The notes beneath the pieces were generated by a model. It did no database searches. It saw only the letters and a list, made by a program, of their open reading frames with translations, and was not told where the DNA came from. Positions 1-6,414 of a stretch of 13,315 nt of DNA are shown here, in pieces. Origin of the DNA: Sulfurimonadaceae bacterium (lineage in GTDB: Bacteria > Campylobacterota > Campylobacteria > Campylobacterales > Sulfurimonadaceae); assembly GCA_041562555.1 (NCBI GenBank), contig JBFEXS010000063.1, forward strand, positions 1 through 13,315, written 5' to 3'. How positions within the stretch are numbered: the first letter of the stretch is position 1; the number at the start of each line of letters is the position of its first letter. The position numbers and the translations under genes are program-made.

Positions 1-984
1 CTGATTCCGATAAATGACGAGCTGCAACTGCACCTGTATAAAGACAAAAAGAAGTACAAACTTCAATCTATTCCTATTGAATATACAAAGAGACAAGAGG
101 CCTTCACCGTTACGATCGAAAACTCCCCCTATTATGATATCGTGGAGGCGACAGGATCGAAGAAACTTGCCCATCAATTTGTCAATGCATTCAAAAACTC
201 TTTGAACTTCAGGCGTGATCTGCGTAAGGGTGACAGACTGGTGATGGTTTATGAACAGAAGTATCGCATGGGGAAACCTTTTAGTATGCCTGTACTTCAG
301 GTCGCAATGATCGAGATGCGTAAAAAGAAGCATTATATCTATCTGAATGAAGATGGCCGTTATTATGATGAAAAAGGTATAGAAGCGGAAGGTTTTATGC
401 TGAATCGGCCGGTAAAGAATGCCCGTGTCAGTTCGGGGTTTACCCTTCGCCGTTATCACCCCATCTTAAAAAAATATCGTGCCCATCTGGGTGTTGACTA
501 TGCTGCCAGACCGGGTACACCGATACGAGCAGCGGGCAGCGGACGAATCATCTTTGCCGGATATACACGGGGATACGGTAAACTTATCAAGATCCAGCAC
601 AGTGACGGATATATGACACTGTATGCACACCAACGCGCATTTCGTAAGGGAATTAAACGAGGAAAGTATGTCAAAAAGGGTGATGTTATAGGTTATGTCG
701 GAAGTACAGGACTCTCTTCAGGGCCGCATCTGCATTTTGGCCTATACAAGAACGGACATGCCCGTAATCCGGCTCGCGTTATCCGGATTGCCACAAACAA
801 GCTCAAGGGAAAAAAGCTCAAGGCTTTTACGGCGCTTAAGGAAGAGTATAATAAGGTCGTAGACTTGCATCTTGCTGCCGGTACCGAGGTAAAACAGCCT
901 GAAATGTTTGCCGATGTCTATTATCTGGACAGCCAGAATTTTGAGCCAATCAAAAAGGGTGGGGAACAACATGAATCGCTTTAA
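1..984 (+). CDS. M23-family peptidoglycan DD-metalloendopeptidase, Csd3/HdpA-like; 5' end lies outside the window
   Basis: Frame 1 is open from base 1 (LIPINDELQLHLYKDKKKY...), so the track start at GTG 142 is internal. LytM zinc motifs HxxxD (RAHLGVDYAA) and HxH (STGLSSGPHLHFG) are present, plus GYGKLIKIQH and TLYAH. The upstream region resembles the OapA/Csd3 N-terminal domain (recalled similarity, not searched). Confidence 0.92.
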   Translation: MIPINDELQLHLYKDKKKYKLQSIPIEYTKRQEAFTVTIENSPYYDIVEATGSKKLAHQFVNAFKNSLNFRRDLRKGDRLVMVYEQKYRMGKPFSMPVLQVAMIEMRKKKHYIYLNEDGRYYDEKGIEAEGFMLNRPVKNARVSSGFTLRRYHPILKKYRAHLGVDYAARPGTPIRAAGSGRIIFAGYTRGYGKLIKIQHSDGYMTLYAHQRAFRKGIKRGKYVKKGDVIGYVGSTGLSSGPHLHFGLYKNGHARNPARVIRIATNKLKGKKLKAFTALKEEYNKVVDLHLAAGTEVKQPEMFADVYYLDSQNFEPIKKGGEQHESL

Positions 985-2323
985 TGAAATGATGCACTCT
1001 TTTGAAATGTATCTTCAAGAACCCGAAGAGAACAATTTACACCCGAGCGATATTGCGAATCTGCTTAAAAGAGTACGTTCAAAAGAGAGCAAAGAAGCCT
1101 TCTTGGAGCTGCTTTCACAGATACCCGCAGATGTACTAGGAGAGGTACTTCTTGAACTTCCGGAAAAGATCAAAGATGAAGCACTTCAAGAACTTACGAC
1201 GGAAGAACTTGCCCGTGCGATCGAAGATCTTGATTCGGATGATGCAACAGACCTTGTACAAGATATTGATGATCTTGACGAGAATAAGTCCGAAGCGGTT
1301 GTTGCCCATCTGGATGATGAATACCGTGAAGACATCGATAAGCTTCGTCGATATGAAGAGAACCAAGCCGGTGCTTGGATGCAGACGGAACTTTTTGACG
1401 CAACGCTTGAAGAGAGTGTCCAGGATGCCATTGATAGATTGCGACAGCTGAAGCTTGAAGGAGAACTTGAGAACATCTACCAGCTCTTCCTGGTAGATGA
1501 CAACCACCGTCTGTTAGCGGGAATCTCCCTGGAAGACCTTATCGTTATGGACTTTCAACGTACTTTTAAGGAAGTCCTGGCTGAGGATGAAAGCTCATTC
1601 CTTTCTGTTAATGCGACACAGAATATTGAAGAAGTCGCAAAGATGTTTGAACAGTACGATCTGGCGGTACTACCGGTTCTTGACTGGCAGGGAAAACTGG
1701 TCGGACGTATCACTTCGGATGACATCTATGACGTCATGGAAGAAAAAGCTACGGAGCAGATCTATAACCTTGCCGGGGTTAATGATGAGGCAGAGCAGGA
1801 GGAAAAGCTTTTAGGGGTATTTCAAAAACGTGCATCCTGGTTGGGGATCAATCTGGTTACTGCAATACTCGCATCTATCGTGATCGGTTTTTTTGATGAG
1901 ACTCTCGCAGCCTTCATCCCACTGGCAATTCTGATGCCTATTGTCGCTTCTATGGGGGGAAATGCAGGAACACAGACACTTACGGTAATGGTACGTCAGA
2001 TGGCCTTGGGTGATATTGATGCAGAAAATGCCAAAGAAGCTGTCCTGAAAGAGTTTGTCGTTGCACTTTTCAATGGATTATTGTTTGCGATTATCATTGG
2101 AGTCATTGCCTTTTTCTGGTTTCATATAGAACTTTTAGGTGTGGTGATCGCTTTGGCGATGATCTTCAATCTTTTGATGGCAGGTCTTTTCGGTGCATTG
2201 ATCCCGCTTTTTCTAAAACGTCTCAATATCGATCCCGCCGTCGGATCCACTGTATTGTTGACAACGGTAACCGATGTCTTCGGCTTTCTTAGTTTTTTAG
2301 GTCTAGCGAGTTTTATCTTATGA
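971..2323 (+). CDS. mgtE: Magnesium transporter MgtE (about 450 aa)
   Basis: Acidic MgtE_N domain (LHPSDIA...LDSDDATDL), CBS pair (AGAWMQTE; YDLAVLPVLDWQGKLVGRITSDD), and a hydrophobic TM domain with MPIVASMGGNAGTQ and IDPAVGS...TTVTD, which includes the pore Asp. ATG 971 follows a purine-rich SD (AGGGTGGGGA) and overlaps the end of the M23 gene by 14 nt. The track start at 908 is unlikely. Confidence 0.95.
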   Translation: MNRFNEMMHSFEMYLQEPEENNLHPSDIANLLKRVRSKESKEAFLELLSQIPADVLGEVLLELPEKIKDEALQELTTEELARAIEDLDSDDATDLVQDIDDLDENKSEAVVAHLDDEYREDIDKLRRYEENQAGAWMQTELFDATLEESVQDAIDRLRQLKLEGELENIYQLFLVDDNHRLLAGISLEDLIVMDFQRTFKEVLAEDESSFLSVNATQNIEEVAKMFEQYDLAVLPVLDWQGKLVGRITSDDIYDVMEEKATEQIYNLAGVNDEAEQEEKLLGVFQKRASWLGINLVTAILASIVIGFFDETLAAFIPLAILMPIVASMGGNAGTQTLTVMVRQMALGDIDAENAKEAVLKEFVVALFNGLLFAIIIGVIAFFWFHIELLGVVIALAMIFNLLMAGLFGALIPLFLKRLNIDPAVGSTVLLTTVTDVFGFLSFLGLASFIL

Positions 2324-2892
2324 TTTCAGATATTCGCCTCGGTAGATGCGAGGCATCCGATTTTGTCAAGACCCGTCGTATGCATTACCTGCAAAAAGGC
2401 ATACAAAAGAGTTGGGATATGGTCGAAGTACATGACAGTGTGTCCATCCTGATCTATCACAAGAAGAAGCATGCCTTTGTGTTGGTTAAACAGTTTCGTC
2501 CACCGGTGTATCTACAAAACAATGACGGATTTACTTATGAACTCTGTGCAGGAATCGTAGATAAGGAGAGCTCTTTGGATCAGATAGCCAAAGAAGAGAT
2601 CGATGAAGAGTGCGGCTATGATGTACCTGTAGAGTGTCTAGAAAGGGTGACTTCCTTTTATACTGCTGTCGGCTTTGCCGGCTCACAGCAGACGCTCTAT
2701 TATTGTGAAGTGGATGAGAGCATGAAGGTCCATGATGGCGGAGGTATTCATGTCGAAGAGATAGAAGTCATCTATCTTGATGTTGATGAGGCAAAAGCTT
2801 TTATCCTGGATGAATCCAAAAGCAAGACACCGGGTATCATGTATGCTATGATGTGGTGGTTTGAAAACCATGTCTCCAAATCCGTCGAGTAA
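2320..2892 (+). CDS. NUDIX hydrolase, nucleoside-diphosphate-sugar pyrophosphatase (NUDT14/NudK-like)
   Basis: Variant Nudix box ELCAGIVDKESSLDQIAKEEIDEECGY; family motifs HDSVSIL, LVKQFRPPVY and GGG..EEIEV. ATGA overlap with the mgtE stop. Confidence 0.9.
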   Translation: MISDIRLGRCEASDFVKTRRMHYLQKGIQKSWDMVEVHDSVSILIYHKKKHAFVLVKQFRPPVYLQNNDGFTYELCAGIVDKESSLDQIAKEEIDEECGYDVPVECLERVTSFYTAVGFAGSQQTLYYCEVDESMKVHDGGGIHVEEIEVIYLDVDEAKAFILDESKSKTPGIMYAMMWWFENHVSKSVE

Positions 2893-2901
2893 GAGGTTCT
2901 T

Positions 2902-3612
2902 ATGAAATCTGACAAAGTCTTTAACAAGCCGATCAAAAAGCAGTTTGAATTTGATGAGGAGGTCGCTGTCGTCTTTGATGACATGCTTTCGCGTTCGGTT
3001 CCTTTTTATGATGAGGCGATGAAGCTAACGGCGCATTTTGCACAGTTGAATCTGGCCGAGGATGAAAGGGTGTATGATCTGGGGTGTTCTACCGCTTCAC
3101 TGTTATTAGAAATCGAACGCCAGTGTGAGCATGATATTAAACTAATCGGGATTGACAACTCTGAGGCGATGCTGGAGCAGGCAGCTAAAAAACTGCATGC
3201 CTTTAATTCAAAAATTGAGCTGGAATGTGCGGATATCCTGAAGTATGAGTATGAAGAGGCAGCCGTGATCTGTTCAAATTATACCTTGCAGTTCGTACGT
3301 CCTCCGGTACGTGCTGATTTTGTTAAAAAAATTTATGAAGCATTAAAACCTGGAGGGCTCTTTATCTTCAGTGAAAAAGTTATCTCCAATGACAAGGCAT
3401 TGAACAAACAGATGATCGACACGTATTATGCGTATAAAAAGGCACAGGGCTACAGTGAGTATGAGATCGTACAAAAACGTGAAGCCCTGGAAAATGTTTT
3501 GATCCCATACACGGAAGAAGAAAATCAGAAGATGTTACAAGAGGCAGGATTTAGCCATTGTGAATCGATTTTTAAATGGGTGAACTTCGAAACCTTTATT
3601 GCCAGAAAGTAA
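2902..3612 (+). CDS. cmoA: Carboxy-S-adenosyl-L-methionine synthase CmoA (tRNA cmo5U34 pathway)
   Basis: [23 protein letters not shown]-terminus, SAM motif [25 protein letters not shown] and KREALENVL are characteristic of CmoA. SD AGAGG precedes the ATG. Confidence 0.93.
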   Translation: MKSDKVFNKPIKKQFEFDEEVAVVFDDMLSRSVPFYDEAMKLTAHFAQLNLAEDERVYDLGCSTASLLLEIERQCEHDIKLIGIDNSEAMLEQAAKKLHAFNSKIELECADILKYEYEEAAVICSNYTLQFVRPPVRADFVKKIYEALKPGGLFIFSEKVISNDKALNKQMIDTYYAYKKAQGYSEYEIVQKREALENVLIPYTEEENQKMLQEAGFSHCESIFKWVNFETFIARK

Positions 3613-3632
3613 AACAGAAGCCCTTTTTCTGA

Positions 3633-3896
3633 TTACCAGACAATCTTTTCTTCAAATTCAGGTTCTGTCTCTTCAGAAAAGGTGACGAAATCGACAGTCG
3701 CATCATAGGCATCTTCAATACCTTCTGCAACATCCGCAAATTCGACCAGATTCTCATCACAGGTTTTGTGGTAATAACCACGGGCATCATAATATTCTCT
3801 ACAGTCGTTGTAATAGGTAGATGAAATGCCGCGTTTGTTGAGACAGCCGCTAAAAAGTGTTACCGTAATCATTAAAAATATGATATTCTTGTACAT
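3633..3896 (-). CDS. Small hypothetical lipoprotein (about 87 aa)
   Basis: MYKNIIFLMITVTLFSG|C has a basic n-region, a hydrophobic h-region and a lipobox (FSGC). SD AAAGGA lies 6 nt upstream of ATG 3896; the in-frame ATG 3899 is an alternative. The mature part is Tyr-rich with two further Cys and an acidic tail. Confidence 0.8.
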   Translation of the reverse strand: MYKNIIFLMITVTLFSGCLNKRGISSTYYNDCREYYDARGYYHKTCDENLVEFADVAEGIEDAYDATVDFVTFSEETEPEFEEKIVW

Positions 3897-3946
3897 CATC
3901 AATCCTTTTATGAGTTTAAGCAAAAAGGATACCAAGAGGTCATTTA

Positions 3947-5230
3947 ATGCAGGTAATGGACATCTTTAAAACAATCTGTTCGATTCCCCACTGCTCTCGT
4001 GAAGCAGATCAACTTAAAACGTATATCAGAGATAAGGCTGAGTCCTATGGCTACAGTGTGAGTGTAGACAGTGTTGGAAATATATTGTGTGCTCACAGCG
4101 AAGCAGAACTCATACTGCAGGCACATTATGACATGGTCTGTATCGGTCAAGCTCCAGATCTTGAGCTTTACGAAGAAGGTGGCAGGCTCAAAGCCAGGGA
4201 AAGTTCTTTGGGCGCGGATAACGGTATAGCCGTTTCGATGATGCTTTCATTGATGTCCCAGCAGAAGAAGGTCTCGTGTCTTTTTACTTCCGATGAGGAA
4301 GTGGGACTTGTCGGAGCTCAGGGGATTGAGCTGCCTATCAAAGAGAAGGTGATGCTCAATCTGGATACAGAAGAAGAAGGATATGTCTATATCGGTTGTG
4401 CAGGAGGAGCGGATATTCTCGCGAGAAAAGCAGTACACAAAGAGGAAATCATAGAAAAAGTCAATTGTTACGAGATCCTTGTCAGCGACTTTCCGGGAGG
4501 ACATTCGGGTGTGGATATCCATAAAAACATACCGTCTGCTATTAAAGAGTTGTGTGCCTTTTTAGTCCATATCCCCCATTATCTTCTTGAGATAGAAGGT
4601 GGGGAGCGTCGTAATTCCATCTCTAAAAAAGCACGTGCGGTCATAGCTGTTCCTGAAGGTGTGATCCTGGATACTCAGCTTGAAAAGATACAGATCAAGG
4701 AGATAGAGATTGCCCATAAGCAGATGATCAAAGATGGGCATAAGATCTCGGAGATGATCCATGCATTTGCCCAGGGTGTGCGGGCGATGAACCCTGAACT
4801 GGGTATCGTGCAAAACAGCATCAATCTCGCACTTATTGAGACACATGAAAAAGAGGTGAGGATAACATTAAGTGCACGCTCGATGGATAACGAAGAGCTG
4901 TTGGTCCTGGTCGATGAGACGATCTGCTTTTTTAAGGCCTTTGATTTTCTGGCTTCTTCGGAGGGAAGCTATCCGGCATGGAAACCGGAAATCAACCGTT
5001 TTGCGCAACGGGTACAGGAAATATGTGCAAGACATTTTGAAAAGGTGGATTTTATGGCGATACATGCCGGTCTGGAGTGTGCGATTTTAAAACAGTATGC
5101 GCCTCATCTGGATATTGCCTCTATCGGGCCAAATATCTATGATCCGCACTCTTCGAGAGAGTCGGTCGAGATTGCTTCTGTGCAGAGGGTGTACAAGGCA
5201 CTTGAAGAGATCGTAAAGGAATATAGTTGA
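3947..5230 (+). CDS. pepD: M20C-family aminoacyl-histidine (Xaa-His) dipeptidase, PepD-like
   Basis: Metal-binding and catalytic motifs LQAHYDMV, LGADNG, SDEEVGL, NLDTEE, GGHSG, IHAGLEC and PHS match PepD. SD AGAGG upstream. Confidence 0.88.
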   Translation: MQVMDIFKTICSIPHCSREADQLKTYIRDKAESYGYSVSVDSVGNILCAHSEAELILQAHYDMVCIGQAPDLELYEEGGRLKARESSLGADNGIAVSMMLSLMSQQKKVSCLFTSDEEVGLVGAQGIELPIKEKVMLNLDTEEEGYVYIGCAGGADILARKAVHKEEIIEKVNCYEILVSDFPGGHSGVDIHKNIPSAIKELCAFLVHIPHYLLEIEGGERRNSISKKARAVIAVPEGVILDTQLEKIQIKEIEIAHKQMIKDGHKISEMIHAFAQGVRAMNPELGIVQNSINLALIETHEKEVRITLSARSMDNEELLVLVDETICFFKAFDFLASSEGSYPAWKPEINRFAQRVQEICARHFEKVDFMAIHAGLECAILKQYAPHLDIASIGPNIYDPHSSRESVEIASVQRVYKALEEIVKEYS

Positions 5231-5598
5231 GAAGTTTTATCCTTACAGTCGGACTTTTTGTCTTTGGCGGGTGTACCGTGGTGGGTGTCGGTGCTGCATC
5301 GGCTATAGGTGGAACCCATTATCTCTCCGGAGAGATCAAGGCTTCCTATCAGACTTCCATCTATCATCTGTATAAGGTTTCATTGTATACACTCAAACAG
5401 GAAAAGATAAAGATCGTATCTGTAGAGAACACAAAAACCGATGCAGACATTCAGGCTGAATATTGGGATGATACTTCAGTGAAGATCCATATCTACTACA
5501 ATAAAGAGGGCTTGGCGACCCTTGGGGTCCGTGTAGGTATAATCGGGGATGAGAAGCGTAGCAGAGACCTACATGCCAAGATGGAAAGGTATCTGTAA
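5227..5598 (+). CDS. Lipoprotein, DUF3568-like
   Basis: TTG start overlaps the pepD stop (TTGA), with SD AAGGA 6 nt upstream. Lipobox FGGC is followed by a Gly/Ala-rich segment (VGVGAASAIGGTHYLSGEI). The C-terminal pattern VRVGIIGDEKRSRDL matches DUF3568 proteins as I recall them (family call is recognition, not a search). Confidence 0.75.
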   Translation: MRSFILTVGLFVFGGCTVVGVGAASAIGGTHYLSGEIKASYQTSIYHLYKVSLYTLKQEKIKIVSVENTKTDADIQAEYWDDTSVKIHIYYNKEGLATLGVRVGIIGDEKRSRDLHAKMERYL

Positions 5599-5612
5599 GC
5601 GCTTTTGTTCAA

Positions 5613-6260
5613 TCATGCAGGTTTGAACGACTTTGTCGTTTTACAAAACTCCTGCATGAAACATTCGGTATCGCATTTAGGGTTCTTGGCAGTACAGATA
5701 TAGCGTCCGAAGAGTACCATTCCCTGATGGAGCTGATGAAGATTGGTCTTGAGTTTTTTAGCCAGTTCTTCCTCTGTTTTAAGGGCTGTTTTGGCATCGC
5801 TCAGACCAAGTCGGTGGGAGACTCTGAAGACATGGGTGTCAACGGCCATAAGATTGGCTCCGGTGTATTCGATAAGTACGACATGGGCCGTCTTTTGTCC
5901 GACTCCGGCCAGAGTGACAAGCTCTTTCTCATCCAAGGGCACTTCTCCATCATAGACTTCGACGATTCGCTGGGCCATCTTGATGAGGTTTTTACCTTTG
6001 TTATTAAAGAAGGAGCAGGTGTTGATGAGTTCTAGAACATCATCGAGTTCGGCATTGGCTAAAGAGACAGGATCAGGATATTTCTCAAACAGGGCAGGGG
6101 TGATGACATTTACCCGCTTATCTGTACATTGTGCGGAGAGTGCTACAGCGATGACAAGCTCGAAGGCGTTAGTGTAATTTAGCTCGGTGACGGCTTCATC
6201 ATAGCGTTTGATAAACTCTTCTTTGATCTGTTCGATCTCTTTTTTGGTTGCTTTTTTCAT
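5613..6260 (-). CDS. nth: Endonuclease III (DNA glycosylase/AP lyase)
   Basis: LSAQCTDKRVN; HhH motif LAGVGQKTA with the catalytic Lys; VDTHVFRV with the catalytic Asp; C-terminal four-Cys Fe-S motif. Confidence 0.96.
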   Translation of the reverse strand: MKKATKKEIEQIKEEFIKRYDEAVTELNYTNAFELVIAVALSAQCTDKRVNVITPALFEKYPDPVSLANAELDDVLELINTCSFFNNKGKNLIKMAQRIVEVYDGEVPLDEKELVTLAGVGQKTAHVVLIEYTGANLMAVDTHVFRVSHRLGLSDAKTALKTEEELAKKLKTNLHQLHQGMVLFGRYICTAKNPKCDTECFMQEFCKTTKSFKPA

Positions 6261-6267
6261 AGGTGCA

Positions 6268-6276
6268 AGTTTAGCA
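6268..6276 (-). promoter_or_regulatory. Extended -10 promoter (TGCTAAACT) of nth, positioned for leaderless transcription
   Basis: The minus strand reads TG-C-TAAACT-TGCACCT-ATG, with 7 nt between the -10 hexamer and the start codon and no SD. Confidence 0.6.
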
Positions 6277-6335
6277 AAGAGTATCTGAGTAACTCTTAAT
6301 AGAAAAAAAAAGGTAAAAATGCCACCTAAGACTAT

Positions 6336-6361
6336 CTGTTTAACCCCTGTTTAATTATAAT
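6336..6361 (+). promoter_or_regulatory. Sigma70-type promoter of the kinase pair: CTGTTTAA direct repeat (11-bp period) plus TATAAT
   Basis: CTGTTTAA at 6336-6343 and 6347-6354; perfect TATAAT at 6356-6361; SD AAGGA precedes ATG 6415. Confidence 0.6.
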
Positions 6362-6414
6362 ATATGATAATGAGTGATTAAATATATACATATATGAAGT
6401 TGCAAGGAAGTTAA

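Noticed and set aside
908..970. Longer mgtE start given by the ORF track (MPMSIIW...)
   Set aside because: It would overlap the M23 gene by 77 nt and has no SD. ATG 971 has a good SD and gives a normal MgtE length.
3613..3632. Bidirectional terminator between cmoA and the convergent lipoprotein gene
   Set aside because: Only a weak 5-bp CAGAA/TTCTG stem with no following U-tract; not enough support.
3897..3935. Longer N-terminus of the minus-strand lipoprotein (track start 3935)
   Set aside because: The SD AAAGGA lies within this extension, just upstream of ATG 3899/3896, and the shorter start gives a normal-length lipoprotein signal peptide.
6277..6297. Inverted repeat AAGAGT-N9-ACTCTT just upstream of the nth extended -10
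   Set aside because: A 6-bp inverted repeat with a free spacer is expected by chance in an AT-rich 150-bp region, and I saw no second copy in the window.
6303..6311. A9 homopolymer in the nth/kinase divergent region as a phase-variation tract
   Set aside because: Short A-runs are common in AT-rich intergenic DNA, and there is no evidence of length variation from a single sequence.
6365..6395. Fur/PerR-like box (TGATAAT) and ATATATACATATAT pseudo-palindrome
   Set aside because: Only one half-site matches the 7-1-7 Fur consensus; the rest is low-complexity AT sequence.
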